Shown: positions 1 through 11,288, numbered from the stretch's first letter. The stretch: DNA of 64,000 bases from an uncultured virus (IMG/VR IMGVR_UViG_3300024518_004509) (IMGVR_UViG_3300024518_004509); one strand, 5' to 3'. The notes: a model not told the origin generated them from the sequence alone. Numbers and translations are program-made.

Positions 1-1343
1 GTATCCGTAGGTGGTTGTACCATAAGCGCTCCGTCTTTTCCCTGTATTATTGCACTGCCAATAGGATAGGTACCACCTGCACTTACAATTCCAAGTACAC
101 GAGCTACTCTTCCATAAGCATTTTTACCCATTCTGTCCCTCATTTGCTTGCCGGTCACAGCAGAACCATCTTGATTGTAAAGTCCAACTGTAGGATTTTT
201 CAATAATCCTTCTTTTGTCATTCGCTGTTCTATCTCTGAATTGAGAGCATCTCGGGTTACCAGACTTTGAACTTTAGGTGTTCCAGCATGATTCTTGATC
301 CATTCCTGCTGCTCATAAAAAGTAGTAGGGAAATCCTCACCTGTTCGCTGTTCTATATAACGGATACGTTTCTTGGATTCTGGTGTAGCAATACTTTTTT
401 CGAATTCTTCCGTAGTATTGAGCCCAAGAAGTTTATTGACCCAGTCCTTGCCTCTGGCCATTGATGCACCACTATACTCAAATTCTCCTGATATATTAGG
501 CAATTGGAAATTATGAAATGTTCCACCAAGAGTTTTTCCTGTACGAGTACCACCCTCACGAACTGTATTGTATTTCATGTACGCTTTTTCCTGAACCACT
601 CTTTTTATCATATCTTCATAATACCCCTGAAAACCTTTCTCAGCTTCAGATGGACTGCCTGTGAAAGAAGCCAGATAATTCTCTTTTATGGAACGTATGA
701 TGTTAGGGTTGGATTTCAGCTTATGTGAGATACTGTTTAAGATTGTATCAGCATCTACAAACCTTTGTCCTTCCTCATCATATTTTGCATTGATCTCATC
801 GGCAGCATCAGAGATATGCTGAGTAGGGTCAACCACGTTTGATGGTGAATATCCGGAGAACCTTGAAAACCCTCCCTCAGCAGTTGGTCTGGTTACATGT
901 TTGGATATACTCTTTACAAAACTGTCATATCCTGATTGTTGTATTTTACTCTGTTGAAGTAATTTCCTGTACTCATCTTGTTGTTTCAATGCAGATTCGT
1001 AGGCAATCTTCTGTGCTCCAAGTTCCCCATAATTCATACTTCGTTTTATATTCCGTGTAATCCTGTCAAGTGGAGCCTGTATCAGAGAATAGTCATCACC
1101 TGCAGCTTCTACAAGGTCATCGATCTTTTGTTCCTGCTCAGATATAAGCTGTCTGTTACGAGCCATATCCCCGGGCAGAGCTTTGGATTTCAACCAAGCA
1201 TCCTCTGCCTCGTCCACACTTGAACGAGCTTTGTCGTAACGAGCCTGACGGCGTTGCAGAGTCTGGTCAATAAATTGCAATGGTAGAGCCACGAACTCAC
1301 TCATTGGTTTAGCTGCTATAGGTGTTTCAAATAAATTTGCCAT
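1..1343 (-). CDS. Virion cargo/ejected core protein, partial (runs off the left window edge)
   Basis: ATG at 1343 (MANLFETPIAAKPMSEFVALPLQFIDQ...). The frame is open in the stretches translated at both ends. It is absent from the ORF track, consistent with having no stop inside the window. Position after cargo protein 1 matches the crAss-like cargo/vRNAP block. Confidence 0.65.
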   Translation of the reverse strand, partial: MANLFETPIAAKPMSEFVALPLQFIDQTLQRRQARYDKARSSVDEAEDAWLKSKALPGDMARNRQLISEQEQKIDDLVEAAGDDYSLIQAPLDRITRNIKRSMNYGELGAQKIAYESALKQQDEYRKLLQQSKIQQSGYDSFVKSISKHVTRPTAEGGFSRFSGYSPSNVVDPTQHISDAADEINAKYDEEGQRFVDADTILNSISHKLKSNPNIIRSIKENYLASFTGSPSEAEKGFQGYYEDMIKRVVQEKAYMKYNTVREGGTRTGKTLGGTFHNFQLPNISGEFEYSGASMARGKDWVNKLLGLNTTEEFEKSIATPESKKRIRYIEQRTGEDFPTTFYEQQEWIKNHAGTPKVQSLVTRDALNSEIEQRMTKEGLLKNPTVGLYNQDGSAVTGKQMRDRMGKNAYGRVARVLGIVSAGGTYPIGSAIIQGKDGALMVQPPTD

Positions 1344-1353
1344 TACGTTCTTT

Positions 1354-4300
1354 TTATAAATTTAACCAATTCACTTCATCCTTGTCATCTCCTATTCTAA
1401 TATCTGTATTTACATCAGGTTGAGCAAGTTCTTTCGTAAAAACATTTTCCTTGAATGGATTTACAGTTGTGCTTTTCTCTGCAGGTAATTCTGCAGGTAG
1501 TTCAGGTTTGATGAATTGTATGCCATCTTTCCCGAATTTGAAATTACCGGTCTGCATATACCCAAGCATCATATTCTGATTCTTCTCGGCATTACGGTCT
1601 TTCTTATTTCGTGAAGCTATATTAGCTACATCTGCAATACCCTGACCCAAGAATGCCTTGGTTGCAGCTTTGGATTTCATATCCATAACATCTGCCTTTG
1701 CATGAACCTGTGTATTGAATTCATCAGCTCTGTTGAGAATACTGATATTTTCTGAAGCTATTGCATCAGCACGTCCTGCTTCTGCAGTATTGACTTCACC
1801 TCTTCGTTTGATCTTGTCTGCCCATGCTTTTTCTACATTGGAACGGAAATTACTCATCATTCCACCAGAAAGGTTTCTGGCATTCCCCACTGCTGTTTCA
1901 AAAGCATCATCAATTGCATTGATATGTGACTGAGACAGATTTTGGTATTGCTTGGTCTGAGGTGTGACAAATCTTCGTTGAACCTTGTCAGCAGGTTGCA
2001 AACCTTTTACAATATTGTAGATAGCAGGAGCATATCCTGCCAAAGTCTCAAATGCATTACCAACTGCTGTATCCCCAATCTTTTTCTTTTCTTTTCCAGA
2101 ACCTTGCTCATCACCATCCTGTCCTACGATATCCATATCTTTAGTAGGTGGAGTGTAATCAGTAACAGTTCCTTTAACAGACCTAACTTCTGTCTCTTCT
2201 CCATCATCAACAGGAGGAGTAGGATCAGCCCCTTTTTCTTCAGGAGTTTTTATATTATCAGCTTCGTCTTTACGTAAACTATCTATTTCTGTATTAAGAG
2301 CTTCATCAGGTTCTCCTCTTTCCATTTGTGCTACAACATTTGCAGCCTGTGCCCAGGTAAGTGTACCATTTTTAAGATCTCTCAGTGCATTAGCATCTTT
2401 TTCTAATGCTTTAAATATCTTAGGGAATTTAGCTACATTCTGTTCAAATTTCGCTTGACGACCTTTAGCTGCTTGAACTTCTCCACCAGCTTTATGCACA
2501 TCTTTTAAAGATTCTGCTTTATTTGCAATTCTTGCTTTATTTGCAGATTCCATATCAGCAATAGCTTTTTGCCTCACAGTTTTCTTACTGTCTGATAATC
2601 CTTCTAAAGCTTGCATCATTGAAGTTTCTCTATGTAATGCATCTTTTACTGCTCCGTCAGCCTGGTCTAATTTTTTAGTCTGGTTTATTACACCTTGCTG
2701 AAGTTTCATAGCAACTCTAAACTTATCTTTGTATAATGGATCATCCATAAATCCTTCTAACCGTGCTACCTCATCAAAATGCATTTTAGAAACATCCTGA
2801 GCTTTTTCTATAGCTATTTCTGCTTCTACTAATTTATCCCCATATTCTGCTATTTTTGCTTCAATCTTACCTATTTCAATAGGATCAGCTTTACCTGCCT
2901 TTACAGCTTTTAATTCTTGTTGAGCTGCTTTAAGGTCAGCTCCTAATTGAGCATGATTCTTTCGTGCATCTCCGTAAGTAGTAATCGCATCTTCAACACC
3001 TTTAACTTTTTTATCCCAATTAGTTTTAATGAGCTTATCAATATCTGCACGCTCCATAGTTTGAAGTTGCTTAAAGGATTTACCTGTAAGGTCTTCAACC
3101 TGTTTACGCATAGCATTTACTTCATCAATTGAGTTCCCAGTTACCATTTTACGAATTCTATCCGGAACACTTTTAATAAATGTTTGTGCTTGTTTTGCTT
3201 TTTCAACCCACGCAGAATTTTCTTTAGTAAGTTTAGCTCCTGAATCTGCTAAATCATCAGAAACAGTAGCAACACTCTTTAACATATCATCTAAAGATTC
3301 ACTTCCTGCATATTTATAATCATCACTTAATGATTTTACAACATTATTACCTATTTTCTTAGCGAGAGCAGGAGCATCTTTTGAGAGAACTTTCCATGCT
3401 TTAGACCATGTTTTACTTTTAGCTAATGCTGCTACTCCTTTAGCTGTAAGTTTTCCACCTTTCCAAAGTAGTTTACCTCCACCAATAGCAGCTTTTATAA
3501 CAGCTTTTGGATTTGCTACAAGTGTAGCTACATCTACAGCTAACCCAAATTTCATTTCTGTGGTATGAATTTTATCTGGATTATTATACACAAAATTAGC
3601 GTATTGAACACCTTTATCTGTGATGGTTCCCTGACGTTTCATTTCCTGAAGAATTGTATCAATCTCTTCAGGTTCTAATCCTGCCATCATATTTCCTGTG
3701 GCCGCCGGCATACCTGCATTAATACTTTGTCCAGTAAGTACTTTATTACGAAGAGCATCTACTCCTTCTATATGAGAAGCTGCAGCTCTCCACCATGAAG
3801 TTTCACCACGCATAACATCAAAGATAGCTTCAGCTTCTTTTTCAAGTGCATACCCTTCTTCAGTCTCTTCAAACCCTACTTCATCAGTATTAACATCATC
3901 TCCAAATAAATTCAGTAAACGAGGACCTATATTAAAATAATCTTTAGGTAAAGCTGCTCCTGCAGGTAAATTCATTTGTTTAGGTATTTTGGCTAATTTT
4001 CCTTTAGCAGTTCCTCTATGCCAGAACCCTTTTATATCTTTTATATCTTTTACACGCGCATCATCTGTTTTAAGAGCTTTTTGTTGTTCTTCAACTGTCA
4101 AGTCTTTAAAATCAGGTACTCCTCCTGTAGTAGTAGTTTTATCTTTATTTTTTTCAATATTCTCTATTATAAGATCTCCATCTAAATTAACATTATGAGA
4201 TTGTTGTACCCTTTTTACATCTCTTAATTCCTTAGTAAGAGTTTCTTCATAATCTTTTGCATCTGCATAACGATTACCAGCTCCATTTCTAAATTTATCA

Positions 4301-5463
4301 GGTTCTAGTAACTGCTCCCAATCTTTCCCTACTTTTCTAAGATAAAGCTCCTTCATCTTACCCATATAAATATCTACTCCTTGACCTATGGTATCCATTA
4401 CTTTTCTATCCCCGTCTTTAAGAGCTTCTTCTTTTGTCTTCTTATCACCTTCGGTGACATTACCCCAATTAAAAATATTATTAGTCCAATCACCTGCACC
4501 TTTAGTTCCAAAATTACTTTCTATAGCTCCTTGTATAAGTGCAAGTTCTATTGGGAAATCATTACGATTAGCAGCCTCCAACAATTGTTTTCCCGTAATT
4601 CTAGCTTTCTTCCCTTTGACGGTTTTCTTTTTAATGTAAGCATCTACAGCTTCAGGAGTCCATTTGGAATTATCATATATAGGATTTTTATTTACTTTCA
4701 CTCCTTTAGTTCCTTTTTCATATTTCCCTGCTTTAACAGTTTTACCTCCTAATGCAAATTCTTTTTGCCCTGTATCAGTAGGTAATTTCATACGCATTGA
4801 TTCAATTGCAGACCATCTGCGATTTTTCAAAAGCATGTTTACCTTACCACGTTTATTACCCGGAATAATAACATCACCTTCCTGAGCCAGATAATCTTCT
4901 CCACCTTGCTCATGGGATTTACCACCCTTGAAATCGGCTACCTTTTTATAAGCTCTACCTGTCTTGCGAAGAACTACCTCATCTCGTTCCACTTCAACTT
5001 TCTTATCTCCACCAATTATATTCATACCATGTTTTGCAGGCATAGGTTGTTGTTGAGCAAAAGTATTCTCAGGTCTGATGGTCTTCATCTGAAGCCCTAA
5101 TTGAAACTCCTCCTCCTGTTGTGCCTGTTCTTCTGCTGATGGCATACCATTTTTACCTAATATAGAAGCACCACCTGCAAGAAATCCTCCTGCTAATCCT
5201 CCCCATACACCACCTACTTCCATACCTGTTGTAAAGCCTGAAGCAATATTACCAACAGTATCAATACGACCACTCACATTACCACGTTCATCCATATCAT
5301 CAGCACTATTGATATTATCCATAATACCTACAGTTGTAGCTCCAACTTTCATAGCAGAATCTACAGTACCTCCTATTTTGTCTTTACTAAAAGCGCCCTG
5401 TTCTCCATCGAAGAATTTACCAAACCCACTTTTATCTGCGAAAGCTTTTTTATCTTTAGCCAT
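1354..5463 (-). CDS. Large virion cargo protein with internal glucosaminidase/lysozyme-like domain
   Basis: 1369 aa. N-terminal Gly-rich hydrophobic segment and VEVERDEV...GKSHEQGG motif typical of crAss-like cargo protein 1. Residues ~265-410 (LALIQGAIESNFGT...NNIFNWGN...YADAKDY) resemble a glucosaminidase-type muramidase. Confidence 0.7.
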   Translation of the reverse strand: MAKDKKAFADKSGFGKFFDGEQGAFSKDKIGGTVDSAMKVGATTVGIMDNINSADDMDERGNVSGRIDTVGNIASGFTTGMEVGGVWGGLAGGFLAGGASILGKNGMPSAEEQAQQEEEFQLGLQMKTIRPENTFAQQQPMPAKHGMNIIGGDKKVEVERDEVVLRKTGRAYKKVADFKGGKSHEQGGEDYLAQEGDVIIPGNKRGKVNMLLKNRRWSAIESMRMKLPTDTGQKEFALGGKTVKAGKYEKGTKGVKVNKNPIYDNSKWTPEAVDAYIKKKTVKGKKARITGKQLLEAANRNDFPIELALIQGAIESNFGTKGAGDWTNNIFNWGNVTEGDKKTKEEALKDGDRKVMDTIGQGVDIYMGKMKELYLRKVGKDWEQLLEPDKFRNGAGNRYADAKDYEETLTKELRDVKRVQQSHNVNLDGDLIIENIEKNKDKTTTTGGVPDFKDLTVEEQQKALKTDDARVKDIKDIKGFWHRGTAKGKLAKIPKQMNLPAGAALPKDYFNIGPRLLNLFGDDVNTDEVGFEETEEGYALEKEAEAIFDVMRGETSWWRAAASHIEGVDALRNKVLTGQSINAGMPAATGNMMAGLEPEEIDTILQEMKRQGTITDKGVQYANFVYNNPDKIHTTEMKFGLAVDVATLVANPKAVIKAAIGGGKLLWKGGKLTAKGVAALAKSKTWSKAWKVLSKDAPALAKKIGNNVVKSLSDDYKYAGSESLDDMLKSVATVSDDLADSGAKLTKENSAWVEKAKQAQTFIKSVPDRIRKMVTGNSIDEVNAMRKQVEDLTGKSFKQLQTMERADIDKLIKTNWDKKVKGVEDAITTYGDARKNHAQLGADLKAAQQELKAVKAGKADPIEIGKIEAKIAEYGDKLVEAEIAIEKAQDVSKMHFDEVARLEGFMDDPLYKDKFRVAMKLQQGVINQTKKLDQADGAVKDALHRETSMMQALEGLSDSKKTVRQKAIADMESANKARIANKAESLKDVHKAGGEVQAAKGRQAKFEQNVAKFPKIFKALEKDANALRDLKNGTLTWAQAANVVAQMERGEPDEALNTEIDSLRKDEADNIKTPEEKGADPTPPVDDGEETEVRSVKGTVTDYTPPTKDMDIVGQDGDEQGSGKEKKKIGDTAVGNAFETLAGYAPAIYNIVKGLQPADKVQRRFVTPQTKQYQNLSQSHINAIDDAFETAVGNARNLSGGMMSNFRSNVEKAWADKIKRRGEVNTAEAGRADAIASENISILNRADEFNTQVHAKADVMDMKSKAATKAFLGQGIADVANIASRNKKDRNAEKNQNMMLGYMQTGNFKFGKDGIQFIKPELPAELPAEKSTTVNPFKENVFTKELAQPDVNTDIRIGDDKDEVNWLNL

Positions 5464-5465
5464 AA

Positions 5466-8400
5466 CTACCTAATGTTTTCAGATACTTCAGTAAGAACGT
5501 CAAATAAGAATATCGGTCCTTGTGTATTATCTGTGATTAATTTTATTTCTATATATGTGCCTCTCATCTTGGGAAGCCACTTTGTAAGAGTAGCGTCTCC
5601 TATTTTCTGAGCATGATTTCCTACAGCAAATATATCAATTTGTGGGTCAATTACCACATCTCTTGACATAGTTAATCTGAAAGAATCTTTTACCTTGGCT
5701 GCCAGAACCTCCATAATACCAGGAATCTGGAATGCATTTGTCTTTGGATTTATATTCAAAAGCCCTGTATTGCGCTCTTTGTTCCAAGCCTTCATTTGAT
5801 TGAATGTATAGAATGGAATATTAAGTCCTGCCTCAGTGATTCGCTCACTGAGTATCTCAAGGTTCTTGAATTGCTTGGAAACTTCTTTACCTGCATTAGC
5901 TACTATTGTAATAAATGCAGGGTGCAGTTCTCCGTAATACATACCTGTTATACCTACACTGTGTTTATAGATGCCGTTCTTTGCAGTATCCACAGCATGT
6001 TCCAGATAATTTGAATACATATGTGGCCCGTGTGAGAACATCCAACGAGGATAATAAGTATGTCGTGATACAAATACTTTTCGCTCAAGGTTGTAGCTCC
6101 ATATCTTTTCAGAACCTACCTTGATGAAAACCCTCTCACGTAAAGGTTCTGAACCAACACGAATATCGTCATTTTCCAATGCTTGTACTTCTAACCTATC
6201 CGTGTCGTCCAGATCTCCAGAGAAATACTGAAGCCCTTGATTTAGCATAAAAAACTTGCCTTGATAACGGTCTACAAAAACTCGTCCGTATATTGTATTG
6301 ATTGCATGGAGCCAATGGGCCGTCCCCCCATACCCTCCATCGACAGTAACCATAGGTGTCGCAGGACGGTTAAAGGCACCTCCCGTACCGAGTACAATTT
6401 CTCCGACGTTCGTGGCTTGTGTTGCCAAGGTATTGAAGTAGAGTTTCCATTGAACTTGATTTGTTGAAGCGTATAGCTCGTGAAATACGTAGACATCTGT
6501 GAGCTCACCGAATTCTTGTGGTACATCATAAAAGTTATTTGGAAGGAAGAGCTGATAAGCATCAGTTTTTTCTCCTTGTACAGCAGTAGCCGAATAGACT
6601 ATTCTGTTTACAAGAGAAGCTTTCTGTTCAATATCTTCCTTTGGTGTTACAGCAAAAGGTTTAAATGTAGGTTGTGCTGAATATTGATTATTGTATTGAG
6701 AAGCATATCCAGGTCTTATCCAGTTCTCTCCGTACATGGACATTATTCCAAAAGGTGTTTCTCCACTGAGCAATCTCTTGTATGCAGGATAAAATGGTGT
6801 AGAACCATTTGCAGAATCCACATTCCCCACTGAAAAAGAAGTAGGTTGAATGTAATGTCTGTATGCATAATTATTACTTGATTCCAACCAGAAATAAACT
6901 ATAGAAGCACAATTGGCAGGTCTTAGATGCCCCTGAAATTTGAAAGGACTTTCCGAATTGTCATCTGTTCCGTAAGGCCAGAATCCTTCATCATTGAGCG
7001 TAAGACCATATTTATTTATAAAAGTATCTCCATTGAAGAATTCTACCTCATCACCTGACATTGTTTTCCAATCCTGATACGTTGTATACATACTGACCAT
7101 CTGGTCCAGTGCCCCATATTGTTTGGGATCTACTCGCGTGAGTGCATGTACTACCATATCCACTCGTGTAGTGTTTGGTAATAATTCTGTGAATCCATCA
7201 TATTTATCTCCAGTGTTGCCTATCATACCTTTATGGTGTGTGAGGGCATGCCTGTAATTTGGAAGGGTTATATCTCCCAGAGTATGCATCCATACAAACC
7301 CATCTGAAGAGCACATCTGCAATTCATCTGCTACACGTTGTATAGTTGTATTTTCTTTTCCACCATTGGTATGTGATGCCCTTGGAACACCAAAAGGATA
7401 TACAGGAGGCTTTACACCATCCAGTGCTGTTTCTGCTCTCGAACCTATATCAAAAGAACTCTCACCTGTTATATTCTTGAATATACCTGCAGTTCTTGCC
7501 CAATCATCATTACGGTCATCCCATATTTTTTTGGTATTAGAACCTGCATCAGTCTTTACAAATGAAGTAGGTGCTGTATAAGGATTTGCCTTATAACCTG
7601 CAAACTGTTTTATATGTGTTGCCTGATCTGCATTGTACAGACCGTGGATGATATCCGGAGCTACAAAAGTGAAATCATCTACATCATTATTTGGAATATC
7701 AGGATAACAACTGTTTGTATGTCCTCTTTCTGCTATACCCGTAGAATCTCCTCCCTCATGTTCACTTGCTATACTCCAGTCCATGAATCCATCACCAAGC
7801 ATTGTACAACGGGTTCTCACACTGTTAAGGTGTATTATATTTCCATTGGGACGTACAAGTCCCTGAGCAAGTTGAGTCTCATTGCCAACTCTGTTCACTC
7901 TTCCTATTATAAATCCTGCAATAAGATCACTGTACTCTGTTTCAGATGCATCCAGCACTATATTGGAAAACTTAACTCCAAGAACCCTGAAATACATATT
8001 ACCTGTTTCCACATTCCCCGATAAAAGTGGTTGGGTGTCTGCATCAGGAAATTTGTGTAATCTGAGACCTGTGTTGGCTGCGATGGATGGATACCTGTCA
8101 TCAGGATATTTTTCTTCTGAGATATAAGTTCCCAGAGTTCCACCATCATCTGCAGCTCCCGGAGTGTTCGCAGGAGTTGCACTTGCATGCCCTGCAGGAA
8201 TATGTACAGTAGGTCCGTATACACCCGATGTGAACACAGGTGTCAGTGTAAATGCATAAACCTCATTTCGTCTGTAACCTTTATACAAAGTACATGTCAA
8301 AGGATTTTTATACCCATCATCCAAAGGCTCCTGAGAAGTCTCCACCAATTCCTGTACTCCAAGTTCTACAGTGGAATCATCAAGGCCACTTCCCTGAAAT

Positions 8401-9443
8401 GCAAGTTGTTCTTTGTACGCTATGGTCTTGACCACAAATTCGGATACCATACCATCTGCAACCCTGTGCCAGTCAATGTTCGGTTGGGTAGATTCCTTTG
8501 GTGCACCCAGTATAAGTGTCCCGTCTTTCTGTGCCAGAAATTCCCCTGACACATAAGATACTCCTGATATGATGAATTCATCGATGGAAAGCGTTCCGTA
8601 GTCATCGGAGGCTCCCCTGTAGGTATATTGAATTGTAGACTGGTTATTGATATTGATCCTGTTCGATACTGTCAGAACCGGTATATTGGCAAGCCCCGTA
8701 TAAGTGAGTATTCCTATTTCTATGTACTTGAATGAAGTATCTATATTGGTGATACTCAAAAGAAGCGCCTTGGTAGTTGCTGTCTGTGGAGCTGCACCTA
8801 CAATGGAACCACGTTCAGATTGTAAAGAAGACGGCACTACAGGAATCACATTGGATACAATGCCGAATGCAGTGGATGCGCCCGACTCAGTGACCAATCT
8901 CGCACCTAATTGGTAAGAACCTGAAAGCAATGTCCCACCTGAAGATTCTCCTGTGTAATTCACTTTTGGAAGGTCATATTCCAAGAACAGTGAAGTTACC
9001 TTGTCAAAATCAGTGTCACCTGTAGGCAGGTCAGGTCCGTCTGCTATTGTTCCAAGGTTGATACGTCGTGCACCTGATGAAGTGGAAAAGTAAATGATAC
9101 GCTCACCTGCCCAGTTCTTCTTACCTTCCACTTGTGTAGGTTCTACAATACCCAGTATCTCATTGACCCGTGCAGGAACCTCAACCACCCAATTGTCATC
9201 TTTATCCAGAGAGCCTATGACACTTTTCGAATTTATCTGACCCAGCAATATGGTCTGGTCACCTATGGCACAGTTTCCCCATATAATAAAATTAGAAGGA
9301 ACACCCACCATATGTGTCATCCCTTCTTCTGATCGTTTGCTGTTGCCACTGATTCTGAAGTTCTCTGCGTCACGATAATATTCCGGAGGAGTGTTTACAG
9401 GATCCGTAGCAGTATGTATGCCTTTTGTAAATGTTGTCTTCAT
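5466..9443 (-). CDS. Tail muzzle / stabilization protein (crAss-like)
   Basis: 1325 aa beta-rich protein. Starts FTKGIHT..DP..P.YYRDAENFR, contains GYRRNEVYAF and ends KMRGTYIEIKL. Lies between ring and cargo genes. Confidence 0.7.
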   Translation of the reverse strand: MKTTFTKGIHTATDPVNTPPEYYRDAENFRISGNSKRSEEGMTHMVGVPSNFIIWGNCAIGDQTILLGQINSKSVIGSLDKDDNWVVEVPARVNEILGIVEPTQVEGKKNWAGERIIYFSTSSGARRINLGTIADGPDLPTGDTDFDKVTSLFLEYDLPKVNYTGESSGGTLLSGSYQLGARLVTESGASTAFGIVSNVIPVVPSSLQSERGSIVGAAPQTATTKALLLSITNIDTSFKYIEIGILTYTGLANIPVLTVSNRININNQSTIQYTYRGASDDYGTLSIDEFIISGVSYVSGEFLAQKDGTLILGAPKESTQPNIDWHRVADGMVSEFVVKTIAYKEQLAFQGSGLDDSTVELGVQELVETSQEPLDDGYKNPLTCTLYKGYRRNEVYAFTLTPVFTSGVYGPTVHIPAGHASATPANTPGAADDGGTLGTYISEEKYPDDRYPSIAANTGLRLHKFPDADTQPLLSGNVETGNMYFRVLGVKFSNIVLDASETEYSDLIAGFIIGRVNRVGNETQLAQGLVRPNGNIIHLNSVRTRCTMLGDGFMDWSIASEHEGGDSTGIAERGHTNSCYPDIPNNDVDDFTFVAPDIIHGLYNADQATHIKQFAGYKANPYTAPTSFVKTDAGSNTKKIWDDRNDDWARTAGIFKNITGESSFDIGSRAETALDGVKPPVYPFGVPRASHTNGGKENTTIQRVADELQMCSSDGFVWMHTLGDITLPNYRHALTHHKGMIGNTGDKYDGFTELLPNTTRVDMVVHALTRVDPKQYGALDQMVSMYTTYQDWKTMSGDEVEFFNGDTFINKYGLTLNDEGFWPYGTDDNSESPFKFQGHLRPANCASIVYFWLESSNNYAYRHYIQPTSFSVGNVDSANGSTPFYPAYKRLLSGETPFGIMSMYGENWIRPGYASQYNNQYSAQPTFKPFAVTPKEDIEQKASLVNRIVYSATAVQGEKTDAYQLFLPNNFYDVPQEFGELTDVYVFHELYASTNQVQWKLYFNTLATQATNVGEIVLGTGGAFNRPATPMVTVDGGYGGTAHWLHAINTIYGRVFVDRYQGKFFMLNQGLQYFSGDLDDTDRLEVQALENDDIRVGSEPLRERVFIKVGSEKIWSYNLERKVFVSRHTYYPRWMFSHGPHMYSNYLEHAVDTAKNGIYKHSVGITGMYYGELHPAFITIVANAGKEVSKQFKNLEILSERITEAGLNIPFYTFNQMKAWNKERNTGLLNINPKTNAFQIPGIMEVLAAKVKDSFRLTMSRDVVIDPQIDIFAVGNHAQKIGDATLTKWLPKMRGTYIEIKLITDNTQGPIFLFDVLTEVSENIR

Positions 9444-10084
9444 TATCTGTTTGCGCTATCTCTATAATATTCAGTATGCCTTTCTCTGTCAAGGGTATTT
9501 CCCTTACCTAATTGTGTGTAATTATTCTCGTGTACATCTTTCAGAGGGTTCAACCTTACCCAGTCCTGATACATACGATTCACTTGTTGCAGGTTGAGGG
9601 AAGTAAGTGAAGCTCTTGCAGAACCACATCTCCACTGCCATTCTGCTTCTGCTTGTGCAAATGGTACGTGGGTTATTTCTTTTTGAAGGATAAGGACTTT
9701 TGCCAAGAACCACATGATAGCATCACGCACGGCAACATTGTCAGGAACCAATGGGTATCCTCTTGTATCCACCGGCATAGCCTGATAATAAATATCTACT
9801 TCTGTATCATCAGCCAGATCTATCTCGATGAAATTTCCTGATTCCCTGTAGTATTGATTAGGAGTATCCACATATTTTATATTCTGACAGTCCCGTGGTA
9901 TCTTCGCTATTTTATTGGTGACTGTAACGGTGGCTATCAGTTCAGCATAGATCTTGGCAGCCCCAATATGTTTAAGCGCTTCTGCAATATCTTCCACAAT
10001 ATCCTCAATATCATACTGCCATTCCCTTAACCTGAATGTCCTGATGGTTCTGTCAATGACTACTTCTACTATATCGTAATTCAT
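9443..10084 (-). CDS. Tail ring / tubular protein
   Basis: 213 aa with YQAMPVDTRGYPLVPDN motif, as in crAss-like ring proteins. Syntenic position. Confidence 0.6.
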   Translation of the reverse strand: MNYDIVEVVIDRTIRTFRLREWQYDIEDIVEDIAEALKHIGAAKIYAELIATVTVTNKIAKIPRDCQNIKYVDTPNQYYRESGNFIEIDLADDTEVDIYYQAMPVDTRGYPLVPDNVAVRDAIMWFLAKVLILQKEITHVPFAQAEAEWQWRCGSARASLTSLNLQQVNRMYQDWVRLNPLKDVHENNYTQLGKGNTLDRERHTEYYRDSANR

Positions 10085-10086
10085 AA

Positions 10087-10533
10087 TTAATCTTTTTTAC
10101 TTATGACTTTTGCCTGTTTAACAAACTTTGCATGCCCATGTGGTTGTTGCATCACTGCACCCAAAGCTCTTGACAATGCTCGGGCAGGTTTGAATACCCA
10201 GCCTTTGGCACTGTACTGCGTGTAGTTCTTTCTCCAGTATACTCTTGCATGGTAGAACCCTGAATGAGTATTGAGCTTAATGACCAGTTTCCCGGCTTTT
10301 TTGCTTGCCTGGCGATCTACATATGTACGTTTTTTCTTCTTCCTGATACCCAATACAGACATCCCACTGTGAAGCCGTACATCTTTACCTTCCAATAAAT
10401 ACGACACAAGGACTTCTCCCCATGTGTCAAGAACTTTTTTATGTGTCTTATAGTCTACAGGATTATCAACAGTCTTCTTGTACTGCTGATATATATACAT
10501 CAGACTATGCTGGTTTTTGTTGTGCTTTGGCAT
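10087..10533 (-). CDS. Basic IHF-like protein of the crAss-like structural module
   Basis: 148 aa, Lys-rich, L..GKDVRL..GM..LGIRK and LNTHSGFY...YW motifs. Syntenic with crAss IHF-like genes. Confidence 0.55.
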   Translation of the reverse strand: MPKHNKNQHSLMYIYQQYKKTVDNPVDYKTHKKVLDTWGEVLVSYLLEGKDVRLHSGMSVLGIRKKKKRTYVDRQASKKAGKLVIKLNTHSGFYHARVYWRKNYTQYSAKGWVFKPARALSRALGAVMQQPHGHAKFVKQAKVISKKD

Positions 10534-11221
10534 TACCCATTTGTTGTAACGCTTGTATCAATTGATTATCCTTTTTCTGCTTATTCTTAGCTGCCTGAAT
10601 AGTCTTAGCAGCAATACTGCCCCATCCAAGATCACCGGCTATAGCCAATTGATAAATTGTCTTGGCATCTTTCATGCTAAGAGGATATTCCCAGTTAAAC
10701 GGGTCCAGGTACTTATACCTACCCATAAATATTTCAACCTTGTAAGGTTCATCGAATATTGCACGCACACGTATCTTGCTCAGCATCTCTGAATCAGCAT
10801 TGATGATGTAAATAGCATTCTCATGCCAGAACCATTTCGGTGCTATGGCTGTGTATTTACGATAAAGAGCTGTACGAATCTGTGAATAAGTAATGCGAGT
10901 GTAACTTTCTGTTCCGTCAGTAGGCCCAACTGTCATGACACCTCCTCCGTTGAGGTAAGCTATCACGTCAGGAAGTACCAGCTTGAGAACCTTCTTTTCT
11001 CCGACCTGACCAAATTCTGCCTTGGTAGAATCGATTGGTGTGACATCAATACTTTGGATCATCTGTATAACATTGACCTTGGCATCCATCTTCTGAGCTG
11101 CCAAAGATGCCCGAGCTTCATCGAGCATAAACAATAAATGATGGTCTGTAAAGTTTGTTATTTGCTTGTCTGCTTCAGCCAAGTTTGTCCGTAAGTTATC
11201 AATTAGTTCCTTAGCTTTCAT
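10505..11221 (-). CDS. Tail ring protein
   Basis: Start reassigned to MKAKEL (11221) because the ORF-track extension crosses a terminator. Motifs IRVRAIFDEP and EYPL, plus synteny. Confidence 0.55.
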   Translation of the reverse strand: MKAKELIDNLRTNLAEADKQITNFTDHHLLFMLDEARASLAAQKMDAKVNVIQMIQSIDVTPIDSTKAEFGQVGEKKVLKLVLPDVIAYLNGGGVMTVGPTDGTESYTRITYSQIRTALYRKYTAIAPKWFWHENAIYIINADSEMLSKIRVRAIFDEPYKVEIFMGRYKYLDPFNWEYPLSMKDAKTIYQLAIAGDLGWGSIAAKTIQAAKNKQKKDNQLIQALQQMGNAKAQQKPA

Positions 11222-11234
11222 GACGTAAAGATAT

Positions 11235-11264
11235 AAAAAAAGCCCGACAATTATATCGGGCTTT
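11235..11264 (-). terminator. Intrinsic terminator after auxiliary capsid gene
   Basis: Minus strand reads AAAGCCCGA-tataattg-TCGGGCTTT followed by a U-tract. Confidence 0.7.
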
Positions 11265-11288
11265 AAATTTTTATGGAAAAAAGTGATT

